Origin: Octopus sinensis
Taxonomy: Eukaryota
NCBI RefSeq assembly: GCF_006345805.1
Contig: NC_043026.1
Location: 62,001 to 126,000, forward strand
DNA: 64,000 nt
Reading direction: 5' to 3'
Shown: positions 39,299 to 51,803 of the stretch, one piece after another
Numbering within the stretch: the stretch's first letter is position 1
Layout of the letters: every line of letters starts with the position of its first letter
Position numbers and translations under genes: made by a program
The notes under the pieces: generated by a model
What the model was told of the DNA's origin: nothing
Seen by the model: only the letters and a program-made list of their open reading frames with translations
Database searches by the model: none

Positions 39299-40915
39299 AC
39301 GGATGCATACATTTATTAATCTCTTATTATAATAACTATATATAAGTGTCGTCTGTTTATACATAAACACTGTTTCATACTGCAATTATATATACATATA
39401 TCTATATATAATATTATATAATAAAATATATACAGAGTAAAATAAAAACCAATTTACCTTTTCTGTCCGTCCGTGTGTCTTTGCAAATGTTTGGAATGAT
39501 AAGTGAGTTGTGTTTTGGCGCCTTTTTTACTAATAACAAACACACACGTGTTTGTATGTAGTTGTATGTGTATGTAGTTGTATGTAGTTGTATATGTATG
39601 TGTATGCGTGTGTGTGAGGAATGACACACACACACTCACACACGCACACATGTACATCAATGCTTTCGGAGTGATATGTTAAAATATTGAGTTTTCTCGA
39701 ATTTTGTCTTAATCGGTGGTAAAATTGAAAGAAATTTTTTATGGCATCACCCACTGAAGTACTCTGAAAAATCATGGGTACACTCTAATTGAAGAAATTG
39801 TGTGAGGAGTAAATCGTTATGTATTTATTTGTTTCTGTTTGCTGTGTTTTATTATTTTTTGAGTAGTGGTTTAAATACTTTCAGTTTAGTCTTCCTCAAA
39901 TCACTCTGTCGCTATTTACTTTCATTTTATTCGTTGCACACTGTGTGTGTGCGTTTGCGTGTGCTGTAAACCAGACTAAGAAAAGCATTTGACATACACA
40001 CCAGAATGTGAGTTTTCTGTAAATTTTGCTTAATTGGAGTTTAAATTTTAAAAACTGGACCTGGCATGACCCGATGCATTCTACTCTTAAAAATGCTAGG
40101 TAAATTATAATTGAAGAAATCCTATATTGTAGATTTGTATAACTCCCAAAGGGAGGCAGATAAAATCTGCCTTTTATAATAAGAGATACATATGTGACCT
40201 CGTGTGTACCATTGGCGATTTTTTCCTCTGTCTTCCTTTCTCTGGATCTTTCCTTCTCCTATGTTTCCGACGAAGAGCTCCGCGCGAAACATTAAACACT
40301 CCTGCTTCCCTTCTTTCCTGAGCGTCCAATAATACTATATTTGTTCCACGTCCTCGCGTTGTTGTGTTTTTTTGTGTTTTCTTGTTTGGATTAACAATAT
40401 ATATACATATATATATTTATAATAATAATAATATTAGGGAGCAAATCCAAATTTACAGGGAAAAAAATTAAATTTAGGATTAAATTCTAATTTCGCAGTA
40501 AAAATATATATATTAAATTAGAGATAAAACCACTATTAGGCAAATCAATCAGTGAAAAACATAAACCAAAACAGAGAAATAAAATTAATTAATATAAAAT
40601 ACATAAAATATAAAATTCAAAATTAAATTATTTAAATTTAAAATTGAAAATTAAAAAAAAAATTTTTTTTATTATTGATTTGTACTTATAAATATATATA
40701 TATATAAATTTATAAATTTATAAGTATAAATTAATAATTAATTTTTAAAAATTTTTTAATTTTAAATTTAAATAATTTAATTTTGAATTTTATATTTTAT
40801 ATATTTTATATTAATTAATTTTATTTCTATGTTTTGGTTTATGTTTTTCACTGATTGATTTGCTTAATAGTGGTTTTATCTCTAATTTAATATATATATT
40901 TATATATACATATAC

Positions 40916-40989
<74 letters not shown>

Positions 40990-42077
40990 GCGTCACATCA
41001 AACGCACCAACACCACTGACACAACCAACAAGAATATCGAACACATCCCATCGAATGTGCATTTAGGTATCTAATGGGCTCAGTGAAGTGTGACTGTTCG
41101 TATTCATGTGAGACACTAGTTTAGTTCCGTGCAGGTGAAGTCATAATATTATTAATGACAAGTGTTGCTCTCACTGTGTATGTTATTGACCATTATATAG
41201 AGTTGTCGTATCTGCTGATACTGGTGACAGAAGCGAGCAGTATTGCTATCAGTGAACAGTTCGAAAACCTGCGCTCCGGTTTCACTTGTAGAGACAGTGG
41301 TAATATTGTCATCTGTAGGAACTCTGGATTGATATCTGGAGACAGTGCCGACATCTGTGGTAATTCTGGAAGCAGAAGATAATATTCCTTCTACCATAAA
41401 CACAAGGTCTGAAATTTTGTAGGAAAGGGCTAGTTGATCATATGAACCCCACTGCTCAGCTACTACTTGTTTTATTGAGCCTGAAAGGAAAAAAGGATAA
41501 GTCGGCCTCTGTAACATTTGAATGCAGTGAACAATATTGGCATTCGTAGGGGTCCTGACTTGACATCTAGAAACAGTGGTGACGTCTGTGGTAATTCTGA
41601 AAGCGGAATTTGTGGACATCCTTCATATTTTGTGGCATTATATTCATAAGTGGACGGTCATCCGAGGAGAGGACATTACTGAACGGTCATAGTGGACAGA
41701 CCTGACGTTTCTCGTTGCCCAGGAATAGCAAAATCACTGCGTCTACCCACAACAAAGGTAAGATTACATTTGGGCGTGTGAGTGTGTGTGTGAGAGAGAG
41801 AGAGAGAGCCTATTTTCTTCCCCTCTCTATGCTCTCCTCTCCCCTACTGCTTTCTATGTTTCTCACTCTCTCTCCGATGACTCTCACTCTCTTTTATCTG
41901 TTAATCTTTCTTTTTACATCTGTCCCCTTATCCCTTTCTCTGTCCCCTTATACCAGGATCGATTTCTCCCTATTTCTATCTCTCTATCAATTACTCTACA
42001 GTCTCTTTCTCTTTACCTCTCCCACTTTTGAATTCTGTCTTCCTCTCATCTCTCTCTAAATTTTCTCCCTCATCTTC

Positions 42078-42127
<50 letters not shown>

Positions 42128-42191
42128 GCACACATACACATGCGTACACAAATATTTACATGTATAGTCCTCTTCTGATTCTAGAGCCAAG

Positions 42192-42522
42192 ATGTTCCAG
42201 TTTCCTTCTACCATTCCAACCGTGACCACAGTGCTGCTATTAACTCTTACTACAATTCTGACCGTTGCCTCAAATCGGGAAATTTATACAGGCAGCTACA
42301 AATCTTTGGCTCCTGGGTATTCCTACCGTTACCTTCAGGAACCTCCGACAGAACAATTCTCCTCCACTCGATGTCTACTGAAATGTGTCGCAATTTCTCT
42401 AAGCAGCCAATCGGAATTCTTCACTTACAACAATGTCAGCCGTGTTTGTAAGAATTACTCACCGAAATATATCATGACAGTTGTCAGCACGAATGACAGC
42501 AACGAGATGTCCTTCTACAGAA
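42192..42522 (+). CDS. Paralogue C, coding exon 1: signal peptide plus PAN/Apple-like module (MFQFPSTIPTVTTVLLLTLTTILTVAS-NREIY...KCVAISLSSQSEFFTYNNVSRVCKNYSPKYIMTVVSTNDSNEMSFYR)
   Basis: ORF 42192-42530 with a hydrophobic N-terminus. Donor gtcagt at 42523, at the same position as the gtaagt donor of B. 331 nt, phase 1. Confidence 0.82.
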
Positions 42523-42689
42523 GTCAGTGAATTATTATTACTATTATTATTTTTCATTATCATCATGATTAATTCCGCCGAGGTAACTTTCTTTTTCATA
42601 TGAATCGACTCTCTTCTGCGTGTATATAGATCATTTTTTATATGCCATTTTCCTCTGCTTCGATACAGTCCTGACAACAGATCAAACTT

Positions 42690-43200
42690 GTCCCACCCTT
42701 TCTTCTGGACGAGTACAGCCTATTGGTATCACTCTTCGTGTGAAAGGCTCCGTGTACTCTCAACATTTTTCTGGTCATGCTATTCATTTTCTTCATTTAT
42801 CTCTTTTGCCGTTTTATAATTACCGATCCATAACGAAGTGATGCTATTGCCACGTATTAACTGCTTGGATTTTATTGCATTCATTCAATTTTGAGCGAAA
42901 CACATACCCCAGTCTTCGGAAATTCTCCATCTTCTGTTGGTCTTTCATCGCTTTTGCCATTATCTCGTTGAACTCTAGTGCACCAAGGTATTTGCATCCT
43001 TCCGTTTCAATTTGCTTCATCAAGTCTCTGTTCGGTACTTTAATCCCTGTTAGGGAGTGTCCCCTTTTGTCTCTTTTTAAATAGATTATTCCTCATTTCT
43101 TAAGTCCAAATTCCATTCTAATATCAGTATTAAAACAGGGCACCTTGTTCACCAAGGAACATCTTTGCTATCCATTTTTTAATCATTCATGAAGAGAAGG
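42690..43200 (-). mobile_element. Degenerate non-LTR RT C-terminal fragment (R4/Dong-like) in intron 1 of C
   Basis: The minus strand reads DIRMEFGL.K, IETEGCKYLGALE, SKLNECNKIQAVNTW and LRYGS across stops and frameshifts. Confidence 0.65.
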
Positions 43201-43509
43201 TGGCTAATTGTTTGGGAGTTTTCCTTTAGTTAGTACCCTCAGGTATCACGCAGAAAACGAAAAGCACCAGAAATAGGTGGTCTACGGTTACAGGTGTTGA
43301 TAACGTTAATTCTCCTTTTTCCTCATTAATACGAGCTATTATTGTTATAATTATCATTGATAGTAATAATATATTTGTACGTACCTGACGCGTGTGTCAC
43401 ATTTAAGAGAAAGAAATTAAATATTGTAAAACTAAATCTCAGGAAGAGGTTTGAGACCACCACCTATCTGCTTTATTATTATTTATCAACACCCATGCCT
43501 ACTGGACCA

Positions 43510-43900
43510 CAGACGTAACAACGCTCTCAATGAGAAAATTAGGTTACGAGCGTCTTAAATATCCAGCTCGAAATACTGAATGTAGGAAATGGAAGAAGAT
43601 TGATCACTTTTCAAAAGTATGTAGGTCTAAATATTCAGTTACTGCATCAATTCAAACTGATACGGTTGCTTCTGTTCTCTCTGCGTTGCACGCGTCGATG
43701 ATAGAAATATCTATAAATGGATTTTCGTGAAAACTCACTCGGACACTGGAAGATTGGAAAACTTCCTTTCAAAATCTGTGGTTAAATCTCTTCGGCTTCC
43801 TACTTCTCCATATAATGGTACTATATCGATGGCTGCAGCTAATTTAAAGTCGTCTGTCAAAGCATGCTGCAAACTAAATATAACTCGGATCTTTTCGGCG
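43510..43900 (+). mobile_element. Ty3/gypsy LTR-retrotransposon gag zinc-knuckle plus protease remnant
   Basis: ORF 43530-43730 has (C)PARNTECRKWKKIDHFSKVCRS (decayed CCHC knuckle). ORF 43727-43975 has SDTGRLENF (DTG aspartic-protease-like). Confidence 0.6.
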
Positions 43901-45296
43901 TTCACACCATGTAAGAATATCTCCAGAACGGTCATGGGCATTCTTAAATATTTAACTGTTTCTAAACGTTTTTAAGGCAGGGGGCGAGTGTTGTAATTTT
44001 GCTGGATTTGAACCTGTTAGGTGGTGCGTTGTATCACTCTATATAGCAGGTAAACATCTTCATTTATTTGACATTTATCAAGTGGACTACTCGTTTTCTT
44101 TTCTTCTAGTATACTTGTAAGAAAAAGCCAAAGTTCACGGTTCATGGTTAAAACTGACGCTTTCCTACTATATTGGTACAAACATACGTACCTACTTAGT
44201 TACTTACATACCTATTTATACACATACACACTTACTGTTTACTGCAATGATTTGGTTCACTAGATCGGTGAAAAATTCTTTTAAAGTTGTTAATATTTTC
44301 AGAGGGGAAAGCAGCAAACTGGCAGAAACGTTAGCACGCCGGGTGAAATTCTTAGCGGTATTTCGTCTGCCGCTACGTTCTGGGTTCAATTTCCGCCGAG
44401 GTCGCCTTTGCCTTTCATCATTTTGATGTCGATTAAATAAGTACCAGTTACGCACTGGGGTCGATATAATTGACTTAATCCGTTTGTCTTTCCTTGTTTG
44501 TCCTCTCTGTGTTTAGCCCCATGTGGGTAGTATAGAAATAGGTATTTCGTCTGCCGCTACGTTCTGAGTTCAAATTCCGCCTAGGTCGATTTGTCTTTCA
44601 TCATTTTGGGGTCGATTAAATAAGTACCATTTACACACTGGGGTCGATGTAATCGACTTAATCCGTTTGTCTATCCTTGTTTGTCCTCTCTGTATTTAAC
44701 CCCTTATGGGTAGTAAAGAAATAGGTATTTCGCCTGTTGACTCGTTCTGAGTTCAAATTCCGTCCAAGTCGACTTTGCCTTTCATCCACTCGGGGTCGAT
44801 AAATTAAGTACCAGTTCAACACTGGGGTCGATGTAATCGATTCATGGCCTCCCCAAAATTGCTAACCTATGTTCTCCAAAAACTTCTGTTCTGGCTGCAT
44901 CTAAATGATTTTGTAGTCCCTTGTTAAATTATGCTTTATCATGTCCATTTTGTATTTGTTCCTTTAGCTTAATTTTTTTCCTCTGCATTCAATACTCCAT
45001 CATTCCCGACACTAGCAAGGTTTCAATTCGCTCTCCTCGCATACAGACAAACAGTGTCTGTACGTGGATGATGGGCTCCATGCATCTTTAGAAGCTTTCT
45101 CGTTTTCCTGTCCATCTCCTATACCTCCTCCTCTCTTCAGTTCAGGATGCCAACGCCATACCCAGCTCTGAAATGGCGCGAAAGTTCTTTGCCGAAACTA
45201 TGCTACTGGCATCGAGTTTTGAAGCCAATATTGCCATGATTATTACTGCTGCTTCTGCTGCTGCTGCTGCTACTGCTACTACTACTGCTACTACTA

Positions 45297-45338
<42 letters not shown>

Positions 45339-45368
45339 TTGTTGTTGGTATTATTATTATTATTTCAG

Positions 45369-45546
45369 GTAGCCAATGGATTAAAACATATGCCTTATCA
45401 ATGGGAGCTGGTTCGAAAGTCTATGATTCATTCCTGAATATAGGACTTCCTTCAACCTGGAATGTGTACGAATGCAGAGGTGCCTTTTGTCCCAAATTCT
45501 TCCGGCATCCTATCCTGATTTCTGGAACTATCTTCCAATTGAGGAG
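45369..45546 (+). CDS. Paralogue C, coding exon 2 (SQWIKTYALSMGAGSKVYDSFLNIGLPSTWNVYECRGAFCPKFFRHPIL-[-1 nt]-DFWNYLPIEE)
   Basis: Acceptor atttcag, donor gtacgt at 45547. 178 nt versus 179 in B; one G is missing near 45517 (ctg-at-ttc versus ctt-gat-atc in B). Confidence 0.82.
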
Positions 45547-46699
45547 GTACGTATGCATACACATACACGCGCACACAAATGCATATTATTATTTCCATAA
45601 TAACAGTAATAATGATAAACAAATATTTAGATTAATTCAGTTATGTGTGTCACATTTTTGACCTGTAAAAATTATTTATTGGGAAGGCGAAGCAGTGTTG
45701 TGAAGAATTTTATCTGCGGCAAACCGCGGTGAGATTCATGGCCTGCCCCAAATTGTTGCCCTTGTGGAAAAGATTTGAAACCATTGTTATTAATTCGTTT
45801 TATAATAGGTTTTGCTGGAGCTCCTAGAATCTTGCATGCGTAGCAAGCTTGCTGTTTGCAGCCTACGGTGCTATGCTACCCGTCCTTTTCATAGACAAAA
45901 GACTTTCCTTATTGGGAATGACGAGTGAATAAACGACAAAATCGATGAAATCTCCTTAGGATTCATGACTGGTAAAAGTCTTATTCATGCATGTGGACCT
46001 CGGTGGCTCTCGAATTATTTTGTCATTCTTTTTGTGATATGGCAAGATTGAGTTACAAACAAACCTTGAAGGAAGAGCGAAGCCAGAAAACTGTCAGAAC
46101 CCAGATTAAGAGCAGTAAATAAGATTAGCTAGAACACATCTCGTGAAAACCTCTTTCTGATAACACCAGGTAAACCGTCCGATGAATATCCCAAGGGAGA
46201 CAAGCGTGACAAATCAAAATCAACGTGGAAAATTTCTACAGAAACTGAAGAAGTATCAGGCGGTTATACCTGGGGGAAACTATAACTTATTGCCAAATTT
46301 AGAGACAGAATTCTAATGGAACTAAGAAGGCATGTCGTCGGGTGTTTTTCCGCTGTATGTCTAACTACTAAATTCAGCGTTTCAGTGTGTTCTCTCCGGG
46401 CTACACATTTTGGGTGGGAATAAATTTTAGTTGATTAATTCAACAAGCTGTGTTTAGCAGACAATGATATATCAAGCACTAATTAATATAAAAATATTGC
46501 TAGTACATATAATTTTATCTCTTATCTCTTTGTAATAATAATATATTATTAATATATTGGACGCCTTGAAAGATCGTTAGCTCCTACACGCATTTTTTTC
46601 TCTCCTTTTTATTTTCTCCTTTTCTCTCCTTTTTTCTCTCTCCTTGTTTCTCTCCTTGAGAAATAATATATTATTAATATATTATTTAAAAATATATAT

Positions 46700-46760
<61 letters not shown>

Positions 46761-46828
46761 ATGGAAGCGCAATAGCCCAGTGGTTATGAAATATTTCTTT
46801 TATATGTTTATATATGTTTTATATACAT

Positions 46829-46876
<48 letters not shown>

Positions 46877-47619
46877 GTTAAAGATTACAACAAACGTCAA
46901 AGCATCTCAAGTCATATACATTTGACTATCCTCTATATCGGAAATTTACAATAGCTCCATAACTACCGTCTCGGCTACAACCTCGGAGCCCTAGTAATCC
47001 GTTACAGCACTTATCTAGCGTACCTAATCGTTTAGCTCACACGTGAACTAAACCTCCATAATCGTGTGTCTGTATATATACATATATATATGCTATTTAT
47101 ATATCAATATATATTAATCTATCTATATATGCACATATGCATACGCACACATACCCACATGTACATTTTCGAGGATAGGGTAATTAATTTTTGCTCTTAT
47201 ATTTATAAAGTGTTTATATATACTGTTGTGTCTGGGGAGAGTCATTCTCCTCTGATGCCTTAGAATTTAACACACACCGGAAAAATTTCAACATATTTCA
47301 TTATTTTTCTAAAATTTCGTTGCGTCTTGCAACCTTTTCAATAGTTTTGTTTATACATACATACATCACGTGATCATGTGGCCGACCAGACCATGAAATG
47401 TTGTTACACATCGCTGGTCCAATGCGTTCGTATTATTTTAGCTTTTGAATGACGCCACCCCGCTGGCTAAGCGAGCAGGCTAACAGAAAAGAGAGTGGGA
47501 GAAAGAGTGGTGAAAGAGTACAGCCTCGTGGAACATTTTAAGGTGTTTTCGCTCAATAATATATATATATGTATATATATATATACATATACGTACACAA
47601 ACACACGCACGCACACACA

Positions 47620-47660
<41 letters not shown>

Positions 47661-47987
47661 GCACATACAAACATATGTACATGTTGAAGCAAAGAGATTT
47701 TTTATTCTGCCGCCCATACATAAATGTCCCAATAGAATTACCAAAGGTTATAACCAAATCATAAAAGGTAAAAGAGAAGGAACTTACTAACGAACTAAGT
47801 TGCCTATGTGACTTTTGAGTACACTATACACTAAAAGGCTGCACGTATATTAATACTACGAACATTCCCTTTTTACAAGAACATCAGCCCTAAAGCATAC
47901 GCATATTTTCCATATGTTTTACCCCCAAATCTCTCGTCGTTTGGCAACACCTCCAGCAAGGTAGACGGAAACTGAAAGAAGCGTGGC

Positions 47988-48061
<74 letters not shown>

Positions 48062-48270
48062 TTTATTTAAAGCAGCAGAAAATTTAACAAAACCTGTTAC
48101 TCTGAGTTTCCCATTGCCGTTCACCGGCCAGTTCGGCAACGGGGAAACTCAGAGTTACAGGTTTTGTTGAATTTTCTGCTGCTTTAAATAAAGCATATTA
48201 CTCTACCACTGGTATTTGAGTACTCTTTTTTCCACCTTGTTTCACATTTATGTGTGCACTCCGGTGTATA

Positions 48271-48310
<40 letters not shown>

Positions 48311-48606
48311 TTAACTGTAACTTAAACCTTTCACGTAATGTTGATCACTCATTCTAATTGCTCAACATTGGATCCAATATGTGTATACACACACACACGC
48401 ACAGACACACACGCACAGACACACACACACAGATATTGTCATAATTATTATTATTGTTTCCTTACATGCAAAGAAATGATGGAGTAAATATGGAGTGGAC
48501 ATTAGGGTAAGAATGACCAATAAAACAGCCGTTAAATTAGTTTGATCAATTTAACTTGATCCATTTATGTGTGTTTGTCTGTTATATATTTACTCTTACT
48601 TTTCAG

Positions 48607-48770
48607 GTGAAACTGGTGATTTATAAAAACCAAACACCTGTTGTGACTATGATTTTTGATGGACGAAATTCAACCCTTAAAAGCTGGTTTTCTTATGTAA
48701 ACTTGAAAAGTTCTCCATGGGATGACCTATCTTCAGCCAACCCAGAGTATTTCAGGATGGAAGGAATAAA
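48607..48770 (+). CDS. Paralogue C, coding exon 3 (VKLVIYKNQTPVVTMIFDGRNSTLKSWFSYVNLKSSPWDDLSSANPEYFRMEGI)
   Basis: Acceptor ttttcag, donor gtaagt at 48771. 164 nt, phase 0 to 2. Confidence 0.85.
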
Positions 48771-48845
48771 GTAAGTTCTAAATATACTTTTCTTTTTCTC
48801 TTTGTAGAAACGTAATATACCAAAAGCACTTTACGCACGCTACTA

Positions 48846-48906
<61 letters not shown>

Positions 48907-50112
48907 GTTTCTTAACACTATATATTGATTCACGATATTTTCTTGCGCCGAGGTCTACTTTGCCTTTCATCCTTTCAGGGTCAATAGATTATGTACCAGT
49001 TACGCACTGGGGTCGATGCAATCGACTTAATCTATTTGTCTGTCCTTGTTTGTCTCCTCTGTGCATAGCCCCTTGTGGGTAGTAAATAAATAGATATTTT
49101 CTTGAAGCGACCAAAGCATTTCCAGGCTTTCACTATAATATCTTCATTGAATATGATATACAGAGTACAAATTTGAACTACATCTGGTTCCCTCACTAAT
49201 AATGAAATATAATATATCCAAACTGTCGGCTGATTTGTGAACCCTGCTGAATTCTTAATTATAATTGTCCTGTATCATTAGAGACTAAATTTGATTTGGT
49301 ATGCGGTTGCTGGTGGGTACTTACTGCTGATGACATTCAAAGTAGTAGAGATACATATTTAGCAATTCCATCGCAGCTGCTAGATGCTATTTGTCTATTA
49401 CTGGGGCATTTCTGTAATTTTTAACACTGCACCTCTATATGAGATGCTTTCTGGATACTAATAACGAAGTTTTCCGATTTCAACAGTGTATCCACATTAA
49501 GCGACCTGTTTTAAAGTGGGGAAACACGAAAATATACATTCACCTTAAAATGTATGCTATAACTAGTTTTACTTGCGCGTGTTCGTTTTTAAATATTCTT
49601 TATTCCATTATATTATTTCTCTTAATTACCAGAATCCATTGCAAGCTTAGTTTCCTAATTTGTTTAACAAGGGAAAATGTTATGGTTGTTATATTTGTGG
49701 CGCTTTTTCTTACAAATTTTAACTGAAGTCTACTTCGTGTGTAATTTATTATTTCTTTGCGTAATTGTACGAGTGTATTTCTGTGTGAGTGTGTGTGTGT
49801 CTGCGTGAATGCGTTCGTGCGTGTGTGTGCGTGCGTATGCGTGTGTTCACGCACCTATGGTGTAAGATAGATCCCGTTGTGAATTTACTTTCTGCCTAAT
49901 CAAAGAAATCTATTGACGGCTGTTGGAGCCGTCACTACTGATTTTAACAGACTGGTATAGATGTCTTTGTATCGTACCTGACGTGTATATACACTCTCGA
50001 CAGTCCAGTTACTGCAATATTTGTCCTGAGATAGCATTTGTTTTCTCTCATTGTCCACTCAGGGAAAATACTACAGCAACTAGCCTATCGACTGTGTGTA
50101 CATCCTTTCAAT

Positions 50113-50440
50113 GTGAGGGCGCGTGGCTTAGTGGTTAGGGCATTCGGCTCATGATCGTAAGGTTGTGAGTTCGATTCCCGGCGACGCGTTGTGTCCTTGA
50201 GCAAGACACTTTATTTCACGTTGCTCCAGTCCACTCAGCTGGCAGAAATGAGTTGTACTTGTATTTCAAAGGGTCAGCCTTGTCACTCTCTGTGTCACGC
50301 TGATTATCCCCGAGAACTACGTTAAGGGTACACGTGTCTGTGGAATGCTCAGCCATTTGCACGTTAATTTCACGAGCAAGCTGTTCCGTTGATCGTATCA
50401 GCTGGGACCCTCGTCTTCGTAACCGGCAGAGTCTTTTTAG
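50113..50440 (+). mobile_element. Same tRNA-derived SINE in intron 3 of C
   Basis: TSD atcctttcaat at 50102-50112 and 50441-50451. Near-identical to 3957-4284. Confidence 0.85.
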
Positions 50441-50579
50441 ATCCTTTCAATATGATACACAAATGGCTATTTTAAATAAATACTGGTTCAAATGTGTACA
50501 TCGAACATAATGGTATATTTAATAAATGTTTATATTTTCTCATTCTGAAACCCAAACGATTTTCTCTCCAACTTTATAG

Positions 50580-50743
50580 CGGTGTACGTCGCTTCTATAT
50601 AACGAACCACAACGGTGGCTGTTCTGTTGAGAGTGGCTGGCTAGCCCTAAACGAAGCTGGAGTATACTGTGCATATGATGAAATGAATCACTTCCCTGCA
50701 ATTCGTTATTCTGATGCAAAATCGAGAACTATCTGGAACAACG
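50580..50743 (+). CDS. Paralogue C, coding exon 4 (GVRRFYITNHNGGCSVESGWLALNEAGVYCAYDEMNHFPAIRYSDAKSRTIWNN)
   Basis: Acceptor ctttatag, donor gtaagt, 164 nt. Two nucleotide differences from A exon 4. Confidence 0.85.
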
Positions 50744-51243
50744 GTAAGTGATGCTTCCATTTTATGTCTTTCTGTGTCTCTGTCTCCCCCTCTCTCTCTC
50801 TCTCTTTCTCCCTATCTATATGTCTGTCAATCTCCCTGTCTAGCTATCTGTCTATCTATCTATACACGATCCCTATTGATCGGCCCCATTTTCCTTTTTT
50901 TTTCACGATCCCTTTTGATCGGAATTAGACACTTCTTTTTTCTCTCCTTCTCTTGTTCCCCAAAAGAGAAGCACTACTTTATATTTTGCCCCTTCTGTGT
51001 CTAGCCCCTGCGTGGCCAATAAATAAATCGATTCTCAATGTGAGTAGTAATTGCAGCCAATCAGCCTGATCCAACTGATTTATGATCAAAGGTGTTCTGA
51101 CCATGACCCACCTGGATATTTCCAATTACACTATGTGTAGACTTGGCTGCAATTTCTAGTAATTCGAGTGACCACCTTTAAAGCCCTCCCACGATATATT
51201 TGAATGTCTTTTTGTGTTGTATGTGTTTATTTGTTACTTGCAG

Positions 51244-51299
51244 GTTATGCATTAGCAGACTCCATGGCCATATTCATCCGCCTGAGGCAGCAGAACTAA
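51244..51299 (+). CDS. Paralogue C, terminal coding exon 5 (GYALADSMAIFIRLRQQN*)
   Basis: Acceptor tacttgcag, TAA at 51297-51299. Confidence 0.8.
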
Positions 51300-51752
51300 C
51301 CCAGCACATGATATCCATTGATACTATTGTTGTTGTCGTTGTTAACACCCATCCAATCCAGCTGACCACCACTAGTGATCCGCATAGGTCAAGTAATACC
51401 TGTTAATAAAGAATCCATAAAAAATATTGGTGATCTTTCGTTTTGAGTCGACAATTTATAAGCAGGCTTCTTCGGTAATTTCTGTGAACACGTGATCTCT
51501 TGTCAACTGCGTGCTTCTTCTGTCTGACGTGTCGAAGTGGAAGGGGAAGCTAATGGACCTACGTCTGTGTGTGTGTGCATGCTTCTTTTTGTGTGTGTGT
51601 GAGTGCTTGTTCTGTTTTTATGTATTTATGGGTGTGGAATGTAGATATAAAAGCCTTGCGTATTTCTTCTCACCTGCTTCATGTGCGTAAGTAAAATCTG
51701 TAAATTTGCAAAAAGAAAACGAGATCGACGCCGAAAAAGCCATCTCAGTTAT

Positions 51753-51803
<51 letters not shown>

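Noticed and set aside
45173-45661. 162-aa ORF taken at face value (poly-Ala/Thr N-terminus)
   Set aside because: The N-terminal part is a (CTA/CTG)n microsatellite in intron 1; only 45369-45546 is the real exon.
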